From assembly GCF_018977255.1 (NCBI RefSeq), contig NW_024704742.1:4466001-4530000 (forward strand): a stretch of 64,000 nucleotides of DNA. Direction: 5' to 3'. The stretch comes from Callorhinchus milii (Eukaryota). Of the stretch, positions 53,181 through 64,000 are shown piece after piece (positions within the stretch are counted from its first letter, which is position 1; the number at the start of each line of letters is the position of its first letter). Below the pieces are notes generated by a model. That model saw only the letters and a list, made by a program, of their open reading frames with translations. It was not told the DNA's origin and did not search any database. The position numbers and the translations under genes were made by a program.

Positions 53181-56100
53181 GGGGTCCCTGCCCCCGGTGA
53201 CTGGTCTGCCCTTCCAGGTCCTGTCGATGGGCCGGGCCGTCAACAACGGTGCCCTGGAATACCGCAGACCCCAACCGGCTCGGGAACCCGACTGCTGGAG
53301 ACCATCGCAGGCGGTCCTCTTGCTTCCAACCCCAAAAGGAGGGCGGTCACTTGGCATCCGACGAGCCTTGGGTTTGAGCCCCCGCCAGGCGGATGACGGC
53401 CATCAGGAACACCCCTCGAGCTTCGCTTCCGGGTGGGCCACAGCGCAGCTCAGGGCGAAATGCTTCGAGAGCAGGCGGTTAGAGCGCCCACCTCGCAAGC
53501 GAGAGGGCCCTGGGGTTCGATTCCTGGCCGAGACGAAACCACGGGCAAGTTTCCTCACTCGGATCGCTTTTCCGGGGGCAATAATTCTGTCAACAAAAAA
53601 ATTATAATTAAACTGGTCACTTCAATCCACGACTGTTTGTACGGACGCTGCTGTGCGCAGTTGGCTGTCGCGTTTCGCCCACAGAATACGTGGCCAGTTC
53701 GCTTTACAGTATATCCTGTGAAGCGCTTTGAGGCGTCTCGAAGACATGATAAGGCGCAATATCAAATGCAAGGATTATTATTATCTTCCTGCCCACATTC
53801 AGACACGCATCAACACCAACAACAACTTGCATTTATATATGGCGATGATTCCTCTAATTGGAGGTGTGGAGCTTAAGCAGCAGCTGCTTACCTCTCTGCA
53901 AACTAACCCGAGGCACCACCCTGCATGAAGGACACAATAAAAAAAAATCCAAATTGTTGTAATCTTGGCTGATTCCAAGCACTGGATGTTTGAACGTGCG
54001 TTCACGACCTCGGACCACCGCAATCGCCTGCCAACAGCTTTCTCCCCAAGCGTTAGAGTTTCCTCATCAGCTGTCTGATGGACATCTGCCTGAAGGGAGC
54101 ATGACAGCGTGCAACGTGCCAGCCACCTTGATGTTTTCGAGGTCCAAGTTCAATGCCGGATATGGATTGGCTGTGGTTTGGGGGTGATAGGCGGGAGTCA
54201 GTTTGTGCAATATCCCACAAACAGCCATGTCTGTGGAATATTGCTGTGCGCAAACTGGCTGCCGCAAGTGAGTGAGTACAGTTAGGTAAGTGAAAAATTT
54301 TATTAGGGGGATTTGTTGCCCAGGACACCAGGAGAAACTCCGTTCTCTTTTCGAATAGTACCATGGGATCTTTAACGTCCACCTGAACAGGCAGACGGGA
54401 CCTCGTTTTCACATCTCATCCGAAGGACGGCACCTCCATCACTGCATTGGAGAGTCAGCTTAGACTATTCGATTCAAAGTCCTGACGTGGGGCGTGAATC
54501 CACAACCTTCTGACTCAGAGGCGAGCGTGCTACCACATGTGTGGACCATTACAATAAGTTTCTAGATGCCTTGAACAGTGGGAGGTTTAATTATCAGCAC
54601 AGTTAGATGTATGCAGTAACTCTGGGACCAGTGGGATACAGGAATAATTAACTGAGCAACATACACAAAACACAAATCAAAAGCTTGACAGATAAGTGAG
54701 TTGCATGCTTCCCCATGATATAAAATGATATATTTCAACATAATCTATAAGTCACAACATGGCAATTCAATATGCACAACATTTATGTTTGGAACAGTAC
54801 CAAATTGAAGGGATTTTTCCAAGAAAGAAATCCAGTGATTAACATTATCGCAGATCAGACTGGTGAACATTCATTTGATAATATAGTTCACTATTAGACA
54901 CATAAAGTAGTATTAAAATTATAGTACTGGTGGTAGGTGGTTGCAGGAAGTGAGTAAATGTGGTAAATATGAGATGAACAGACAAATTAACTGATTTTGA
55001 TGGGATTTGTCTGATGCAGAAATGTTGGCCAAGACATCAGGAGGATTTACTATTCCTCAACATAAAACCACTGAACTACCAGAATGGGCAGATGGGGCCT
55101 CAGTTTAATTTTTCACTCAAAGGATAGACCTCTAGCGATGTAGCAGTTTCTCCCAAATCCACTGCTCTATCAGTCTAGATTATGAGCTCAAATGTTAACA
55201 TGGGACTTGAACCATAACTGCTGCCAAAGAGCATAAAGTGCCATCAAATGAGCTGCACAGACCAAAATGTTTCTAAGTTTGCATATGCTGATTTAGTTAA
55301 CCTTAAATGAAGGCCTTCGAATCCCCAGGAAAAAAAAAAGACAAAACAGCAGGTGTAATTCCTCCTCTCGATTGCTATCCAGTGAACTTGCTAGAAAATG
55401 TCTGTGCATTTTTGGTGAGGATGGATTGCAGAAATCCCTGGACATTGTCTCAGTTCACATGTAGGACGTCCAGTTGGCCTAGATATTGGAGGACTCCAGT
55501 ACATATGGAAGAGCCCTGGGACATGTTCCCAACATGATAGGCGCTTTACAAATGTAATTTTGCATTGTACTGCAAGAGCACCATAAAATGTGTTGTTGCT
55601 TTAAGAGAAGAGAGCTGAAAATTGGAGTTATTTTGAATCGTTATTAATCATTACCTCACTAACCAGGATAGGAAGTTAATAACACCGGATAGTAAATAAT
55701 AATAATATTCCTTGCATTGATATCGCACCTTAACACGTCGTTGAGACATCTTAAGGCTTTCACAGCATGTACTGTACTGTAAAGTGGTATGACTCTATAT
55801 ATTTGAAGGCAACAGGAGCAGCCAACTTGCGCACATCAATGTCCCACACACATGGAATAAATGACCATTTTATCCAGGAGACTGTTGGCCCCAGGTCCAC
55901 CTGTTCAAATGATGCCACGGAAATTTTAACATTCGTCTGGACAAACAGACAGGACCTCGGTTTAACGTCTCATCTGAAGATGGGTTCTCTGACAATGCAG
56001 CACACTCCCAGCACTGTCAGCTTAAGACTCTGAGACACTACCCTGCGAGCAAGTTGTTGTTGTAGACTTTTATATGTGTTCCAATTCCCAACATGGGGCT

Positions 56101-58704
56101 TGAATTCACAACCTTCTGACTCCGAGGCGAGAGTGCTACCAACTGAGGCAGGCTGACACGGATGATATTATCAGCCAGCTGGTAATGAACATTATTAAAG
56201 CTGTTGGAATCCAGTAAGCTCCCCAAAATTGAATTTCAATGCTTATAGTTTTCACACATAAATCAACCATTCCTTCTTATCTTACACCAGCATACTGAGT
56301 TAGATCTTATATAAGATTTTATATTTATTAGACCACCCAGGACAGAAAGTAACCTGAAAATAGATTCCAGTGTAATTAGATAATTATCGTCATTTTAGAT
56401 AATGTTAAAAGTAAGAATACAGATGTCAGAAGCACGTTTTTGTGATCTGAGAAATACATTCAGTAAGGAATGTGAAGAAAAAGAAAAATCTCAAGATGTA
56501 GATCACAGTGGTTGAATAAGAAGGCCAATAAGCATTATTCTTCCTCATCTTTTCGTCATTCACAGTTGACGAAGGCTCTTACCTTTTGGGCCTTTTTTTC
56601 TTATGATGGCTTCTCGACCCACATGATCCTCTCAGCTGTGAATGGCACATAAGAACATTCTCTGAACTTCATCCTCAGTCCCCTTCTATCATTATCAGCA
56701 GCACTGCTAGAGCCCCGCACTAGAAAAACATTCTTTCAGCTGCCACTCACAATGGCCTTTCTTTTGACTTGGTTCGACAATGTTCAGGTTAGTAGACTTG
56801 TCGTTTCTGTGTGTCCTTTTATCAACATGTCGTGGTAATACAGCAATAATATCAAATAGAAGGAGATCATTGGTTTCATTTAGCCTATACATACAATTTC
56901 CCACAAAATAACCTGTACCAAATGCCTTCCCTGAAAAAAGTTTCTTCCTTTTTTTTATATTCTTTGACTGTCCTTATATTGTAATGATGCTCCTTGGTTT
57001 CTGAATTATCTCCACTTCAGAAAATCATATCGGCATCCAATTTTTTGCAAAATCAAAAATACTGTACCATATTCAGGATCCCCAAGTTGGGATCAATATT
57101 TCTCACCTAATCGTGTTGACCGTGCCTTCAGCCACCTTCCTGTCCCCTCTGCCCTCCCTCATCCCAACCCTGCCCCCAATGCTCAGGTCCTGATCCCTGA
57201 CTGTTCAGTGCCTTGGGACGTCCTCCCGAGGTGATAGGCGCCTTAATTTTGTTGTTGTTTCGATCCTGTTTCCATAGGCTACTTTTTCCATTAGGTTCCT
57301 CTGATGCACATTCATTCATTCATTCATTGTTTTAAGTTTTTTTTTCTTTTGCTGCCATGGCAGGTTGCATTAATCGTTGCCAGCAATCAGAATCAACGTT
57401 AGCTGTGAACGGGCTGTTCCTGTAACATTTAATACAATGCTGTGTGCCTCAGTACGTTAACATTTAGCAGTATTTGGCCCGTTCTTGGGAAGAGGATTTG
57501 CGAGGGTTTCAGTTGCTGGAAAGTGTTTCATTTCAGAAAGAAAGCATGATCCTGCAATTGAACCTTGAAAGACTAACTCATGTTTGAAATGCAGTAAAGA
57601 CACACATGTCAAACACACAATAAAGTGCATATCACTGGCCCATAGAAGACACTTTGGAACCACTCACTGGATAATGCTCTGCACCTATGCAGTGCCAGAG
57701 CAGGGCTTCGTTTCACAAGATAACGAGGTTCAGAAGAAGAAGTTTCTTTAACCCATTTGATCTCATCCTTCCAGAATATCTGCCCTACAGTCTTCCCAAC
57801 ATCCCTTGGAGAACTCTGGCTAGATCTTTCAGTGTTGTGTTGTATTGCAATGCATCAACTCAAGCTTTTGCCTACCTATAGATCTAGAAAACAATGCCAT
57901 AGTGATTCCACCCTTTTCATATCAGGACAAGGTATCTCGTCCAACAAAAGTAAGCAAAATATTTATAGCAGGATGAATAACTGGTCATTCTCTCAGTGTT
58001 AAAGCGAGAACTGCCACTTACAGTCACATCCCAGTCTTGTGCAGAAGCAGAGTGTTTTCACCTGGAATTATATTTGCAATGAACTGTTATTCTCAGCAAT
58101 CTTCAAACACCAACTCTGTACTCCCATGTGCGTAATGGGCTACCGCGTTTCGCCCACAAAATACACAGTCAATTACCTCTACAGTGCGTTCTGTGAAGTA
58201 CTTGGAGACGCCTTGAAGACGTGATAAGGCGCTATATCAAATGCAAGGATTATTATTATCCTACACCTTGAAAGCTGATCCCTTCTTCTGAGAACACTGA
58301 TACCATCGATAACTCAAGAGGTTCAGATCTCGGTTTGTGCATTGCACCAGTGAAATAACTGCTGTGCCTCCCGAGCAGGGGCTCCATTCTGATTAACATT
58401 CATCAGTCTTGCTTTGCTGCGTCTCGTTCAGTTTCAATCGCACACCAACAGAGCAGAATTGAGCACTGAATGCATTCAGCTGACAGAAAACCAGAACCAA
58501 TCATTTGTCTGTCCAAACTGGAGGAAATCTGGGTCAATTATTAAAGGTGCATAATACTTTGCAATTTATGTATCCCTTATGTATCCACCAAGAGTCAGAC
58601 CAAAAGCTGGAAACTTCCTCGAGCTGCTCAGTAGATAGTTAGGACAGCGCCTTGGGACGTGAAAGGCACTCTATAAATGTAATCTTGTTGTAAGTAAAGC
58701 TGAT

Positions 58705-59071
58705 AATAATAACAATCCTTGCATTTGATATAGCGCCTTATCACGTCTTCGAGACTTCTCAAAGCGCTTCACAGAATATACTGTGAATTGACTTAATATT
58801 TGTGGGCGAAAGGCGGCAGCCAATTACGCACAGCAGCGTCCCGCGAACAGTCGTGGATTGAATGACCAAATTATTATTATTATTCTTTTGATGGAATTAT
58901 TACCCCCGGAAAAACGATCTGCCAATCGACTAAACAACCAGGTTCCTACTTACTGTTAGGTAAACAGGCTGTGGCATAAGGAAACTTGCCTTATGTTTCA
59001 CCCTGACGGGAATCTAACCCAGGTCTCTCACTTGCGAGCCGAGCGCTCTAACCACTGAGCTACAGGACTCC
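58705..59071 (-). mobile_element. tRNA-derived SINE, longer subfamily
   Basis: Head, the extra GTTTACCT..AGTAAGTAGG body segment, and tail ...TCGAAGACGTGATAAGGCG. Confidence 0.88.
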
Positions 59072-59440
59072 TATAAGAATACTTTTATGTATGAGGAACA
59101 AGGATCTTCACAGAGTATATCAGCTAAGTTAAGCTGAGTTTCTTGCAAAATGTCCACACCAATACAGTATTTTATTTCCCCAGTTTTACGATTAGTTAGC
59201 ACTGAAAGGAGGGGAAACAAAGGGGGATCTTGAGAACGTTAGAAATGTAAAGATCGAGATGAGACCAAACCAGAACTGCATGTTTTAGCTGCATTCAAGT
59301 ATAAATGACGGCATCCAAGAAATGCAAAGATTTTGGAGGGGAATCTTCACTCAAATTAATGACCGCTGGGGTTGGGCTCACTGGATACATTGTCGATGAC
59401 TAAAGCTTTTTCAATTGTGAGTCCCACTTATATAGAAGAA

Positions 59441-59740
59441 ATAATAATAATCCTTGCATTTGATATAGCGCTTTTCACGTCGGGAGGACATCCCAAAGCG
59501 CTTCACAGAACACACTGTAAAGTGAATTGACTGTATATTTGTGGGCGAACGCGGCAGCCAATTGCGCACAGCAGTGTCACAAACAGTCGTGGATTGAAGT
59601 GACCCAATTTTTTTTTCTTGAGCAATTATTATCAGGGGTGTGGAGGAAGGAAACTTGCCCAAGGTTTCGCACTGCCGGGAATCGAACCCAGGTCTCTCGC
59701 TTGCGAGGCGAGCGCTCTGACCACTGAGCTGCAGGACTCC
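59441..59740 (-). mobile_element. same SINE, full length
   Basis: tRNA head, body and tail with the CTCCC loop. Confidence 0.88.
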
Positions 59741-59914
59741 ACAGGAAAGCCTGGAGGTTTCCATTCAGTTCCGCCAGCAAACATTTCTCACAGAGGGTCA
59801 ATTCTTTTTACCAATATTTTGGGTGGAACACATTGAATAAATACGTGCTACTGTTTGAATAAAACGAATTGAAAACATAAAAGATAGAAACCCAAATGAA
59901 AATACGGCAAGAGG

Positions 59915-60055
59915 AAGAATGAAAAGTCATTGACCTGAAACGTTAACTCACTTTCCTCTCTCCATAGATGCTGCCTGACCTGCTGAATGTTTCCAGCGAC
60001 TTCTGTTTTTGTTTTTATTTCAGAATTCCAGCATCTGCGGTATTCTGCCTTTTAT
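59915..60055 (+). mobile_element. shark-type Penelope-related terminal repeat fragment (second copy at about 3850-3975 in the opposite orientation)
   Basis: TGACCTGAAACGTTAAC...AGATGCTGCCTGACCTGCTG...TTCCAGCATCTGCGGTATT; family assignment is from memory. Confidence 0.6.
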
Positions 60056-61039
60056 TTTAAAAATCTGTTTATCTTTCTTTTTCCCTTCAAGCTCACATTT
60101 GCTGTTTGTGCCTGCTCTTCCTTTTATAAAATAAAAATGAGACAGCATTCAAAAAGAGGAATTATTCTGTGTTGAAGATATTTTGACTTGATACCATTAG
60201 AAGTAATAGAAAAAAACATAAAAGTTTAATTCAACTAAGGAAAAGCTTCACAGGTAGCACCACATAATTCATTCAAATCCCTTATCAGTCAACTAATCAT
60301 ACACAGAATACGAAATAAATAACATAAAGTCAAGTTTTTTGTGGGTAATTCAAGAGGAGCTCTGTGCTGAGGTTGACACCAAAGACTAAATGATCGTCTT
60401 AGCAGAAAATCGAGTGACCTACCAATGCCAACATGAAGTAAATTCCATGAATTAAATTCTGAAAGGAAATAGTTCAAAATGCATAATTACATGAAACAAT
60501 AGTAAACCGTGAAACACAATAAGAAATGTGCATTTAAATGTTCACGTAAAGGGCCAAAGGAAACATTTTTACAGCTTGTCTGCTGCAGTGGTTTTGCTTA
60601 TTTTCTTGGAAACTGGTCTCTACAGGGCTACTTAGCGCTGCCTACAGCAGCCGTGGAAAGAAATCCAGATGTGACTTGCTTCATTGTTTAAAGCGTGGGT
60701 ATTGCTTCTGATCCCTGATGTGCGGTGCTGTGAAGTCATTGCCAGGGCTGAGGTGTGAGGAGCATGCAAATGCAAAGCCTGCCATTCCAATTCCATGCTC
60801 AATTTTAATAGCCCCAAAAGAAAATGGATTTGAATTGTGATCTTGACTGCAATAACGTAAGCAAATATGAAAGAAAAGAGGCCATTCCGCACGTGCCTGC
60901 ACAATAGGCTCTATCGAGGTCTCTGCCCACAGGATCGCAAAAAGAGGGGAGGGAGAGAGCGAGTCGGAGGGACTCCTGGAAGGGAGCCCCCGAGACCGGG
61001 GTTGAAATGATGATAGTGTGGCAGATGGGTGGGGGGACA

Positions 61040-61245
61040 TAGAATCATAGAGTTACACAGCACAGAAGGGGGCCATTCGGCCCATCGTACCCATACCGGC
61101 TCTTTGAAAGAACTGTCCAAATTAATCCCACTCCGCCCCTCTCTCCCCATAGCCCTGTAAATTTGTCCTCCCTAAATGTCTATCTACTTCTCTCTTGAAA
61201 GTTATTATCGAATCGGCTTCCACCGCCTTTTCAGTCAATGCATTC
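61040..61245 (-). mobile_element. CR1 3' end (a similar copy lies at about 62480-62678 on +)
   Basis: CATAGAATCATAGA...CAGAAGGGGGCCATTCGGCCCATCG: typical CR1 terminal hairpin and microsatellite. Confidence 0.8.
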
Positions 61246-61409
61246 CGGGTGGTGGGGAATGATGGATGTAGCGGAGTTCTCCCTGGGGAAAGGGTGAGCT
61301 TTCTGTGAGGAAACTGCACACCACGTCACTATGGTGTCTGTCCTCGGTTTCCCCCACAGTGGGCGAGGGAGGCTTTGATCGTCTGTCCTGACAATGAACT
61401 ACGAAACGC

Positions 61410-61790
61410 TGTCTCACTTCTCCTTTCTCTGTTTTCTCTCGTTCTCTCCTTCTCCCTCATGTTTTCTCTCTTGCTCTCTCTCTCTCAATCACTCGCTCCC
61501 CTCACTCTCTCTCGATCACTCGCTCCCCTCACTCTCTCTCAATCATTCTCTATCACTCTTTCGCGCACACTCTCTCCCCCTCTCACACCTTCTTTCCTCT
61601 CTCACGCTCTATTTCTCCTCCTCTCCTAATCGCTCTCTCAACCCCTTTCTCTCACACACTCTCTCCCTCTCTCAATTACTCTCTCTCTCTCGCTCCTCCT
61701 ATGTCCCCCACACACACACTCTCTTCCCTCTCACACACTCTCTCTCTCCCCTCTCAATCACACTCCCTTCTTTCACACCAAGAACTAACA
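61410..61790. repeat. (CT)/(CA)-rich low-complexity tract
   Basis: Directly visible. Confidence 0.85.
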
Positions 61791-64000
61791 CTGACCACAC
61801 TTTTGGTCATCTTGTCCCTTGCCTCACCCACCGCCCTCACCTCCCACCCTCAATCTGGGTGCCCAGTTGGCAGTGTCGAGCACATCCGGCCCTCGGCATC
61901 CAAAAGGTTGGACCGCCCTGGGTTAAATAACCTGTTTGCTCATGTCTCACTTGTATTCTGCAGTGGCAAATGGAAGTACAGCACTGTGCTGAAGCTCAAA
62001 CAGATCAGTAATGCACACTGGGCTCCACCTCACAGATGGCACTGTGGAGTGGGTGTCTGTGTGGGAGGCTCAGAATCATTGATTTGCATTGGGTTTCTCG
62101 AACCAACTGAGTAATGTAAAATCAGAGCAAAATTCAAAGAAGCATTTTAAAGTGGTGTTGCTTGGGTTTGATGAAATGCCATTGTACAGTTTAGTTTGCC
62201 TTGTCAGTTTATGCATTATTATTATTGTTATAATAATATTATATTGATACTATGATTATAATAACATAATAATAATCCTTGCATTTGATGTAGCAGCTTA
62301 TCACCTCATTGAGATGTCTCAAACGCTTCACAGGATTGTACTGTGACGTTTAGTGACACTGTATTTTTGTAGGCAAACATCCACAAAGCATTGTGTTTTT
62401 AATTGGCGAATAGAGTAATGTTTAGGCCATTTATTTTATGGGGGGGTGAGGAGAGGAGGGAATTGATCATGCAATTGACAGAAGACTGAAAGGGTGGTGG
62501 AAGCCGACAACAACTTTTAAGAGAGAACTGGATAATTATTTGGGGAGGACAAGTTTGCAGGGCTATGGGAAGAGAGCGGGGCTGTGGGGTTGATTTGGGT
62601 AATTCTTTTCAAAGAGCCGACATAGATACGATAGGCCGAATGGCCTCCTTCTGTGCTGTATAATTCTATGATTCTATGAAGACATCCATGTCCCAAATGG
62701 CCTCAGTCCCCGCAATAGATATACCAAGTGCAGAGCTCATCCACTTCTAAGTACATATACACATCCAAATGCATATTTTCTACACTGTACAGTGAATCCT
62801 GTGAAGCGCTTTAAAACATTTCAAAGCCGTAATAAAGTACAAAATCAAATGCAAGTATTGATGAGGACCCGGGTTCAAACATCTGTCATTTTGCCAAGCT
62901 AATTCAGGCTCACTGCATGCCCCTGCCTCATCCATGTCATCATTAGTGACCTTCACCCATAATCTCAGGAACTCCCTCCTTCTACCCCTCCGATTCCCCT
63001 CCCCCATCTGCCTTCAAATCCTGCTTCAAAACCTACTTCTGACCAAGCCTATGGTCACATCTCCCAATCTCCCTCTCCCCTGGTTTGGTAAGCGCTCTGA
63101 GATGTCATTCTGCATGATATTAGTCAAACGTAAGTTGCTGCACTGTATAAATGTTGTTGCTGTTATTTGGGGAGGGGGGGAAAGGGTTTCAAATTGATCG
63201 TTTCATTAAGCTGCTGATTTGCAGTCTCCAGGACCAGTGCCTGAACTGTGCTTTTTTCTCCTCCACCACCTCTGCCCTTTCCTTTTAATAGCTGGAGGTC
63301 GAGCCCATTGAGGCTGAGGACCTGATTTATTCTGCATATTGTGACTATTGTCACACATCAATCAGTATAACAACCCTAAGAGTAAGAACAATTCTAAACC
63401 ATAATCCGAGATCAAGGAAAAACACTTGCACCTTGCAACTTTGCCTTATCCAGACCAACTCATCCGCAATCTCCTCTCAAACAAGAGACGCTGACTGAAC
63501 TTCTGGGAAAAGGATGTGGAATCCCGAATCAGTTAAGATCTACGATCGTGTTCACTCCAAAGCAGTGTGAGGAGGAGGTGGACTGCAAACTGGTTTCGCT
63601 TCCATCAGTGGGTCGTACTTCCTAGTTGAACTCCGAAGGTGTCAGGTTTTCTCTTCAAGTCAAGGCACAGTTAAAGAAGAATGGGCTTCCATTAAAACGG
63701 CTTTGAAAATACCTTTAAAAAGAAGATAAATTATATAACAACAACAACTTGCATTCATATAGCACCCTTCACACAGGTAACATCTCAGAACATTTGATAA
63801 TAAAGAAAGAAAAGGAGGGTAGGATGTTCCAGTTGTTTAGAGCAATTTCCTTTGTCACTGGATTTGAGTTCTAATTTAACTAAGTGTGTCATGGGATTAG
63901 GAAAGACCCAGGACTAGTTTCTATGGGAAATGGAATATTATAAATATGGCCTAAATGGAGAATGAAGGAATTACACCGATGCAGGCAGACTGCTGAGCTG

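Noticed and set aside
51244..53357. Long Pro-, Gly- or Arg-rich ORFs (270-407 aa) on both strands
   Set aside because: They are translations of the C/T tract and the 22-bp minisatellite, which lack stop codons by composition.
56583..56885. Exon-like segment on the minus strand with a strong donor (AAG|GTAAGA)
   Set aside because: Stops in all frames I checked and no supporting partner exons; cannot be supported without RNA data.
63454..63625. Short open frame after a pyrimidine-rich AG on +
   Set aside because: No recognisable protein similarity and no clear gene context within the window.

Overview
This is vertebrate genomic DNA, most likely from a cartilaginous fish (inferred from Deu-domain SINEs, CR1/L2 LINEs and a shark-type Penelope-related repeat). 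It contains one complete protein-coding gene, MELK (maternal embryonic leucine zipper kinase), on the minus strand. I reconstructed 17 coding exons by hand (50678 to 19538; 1941 nt, 646 aa; all splice phases consistent; one GC-AG intron), plus a probable non-coding first exon and CpG-island promoter near 52.0-52.2 kb and a polyA signal near 18.68 kb. The remainder is intronic or intergenic DNA rich in tRNA-derived SINEs and L2/CR1 fragments, with a Tc1/mariner-type MITE and simple repeats. The most unusual item is a decayed copy of the 18S rRNA 5' end in MELK intron 4, preceded by probable 5'ETS and joined through a fold-back junction to an L2 LINE 3' tail; this is a candidate rRNA-LINE retro-chimera or 18S-derived SINE. 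Also notable: a 22-bp GC-box minisatellite expanded inside an L2 next to the promoter, a perfect 22-bp intronic hairpin, a 46-bp inverted repeat pair 2.4 kb apart, and a SINE subfamily whose 3' stem-loop matches a co-resident L2. Most ORFs in the supplied track are repeat or low-complexity artefacts. Repeat boundaries are approximate.
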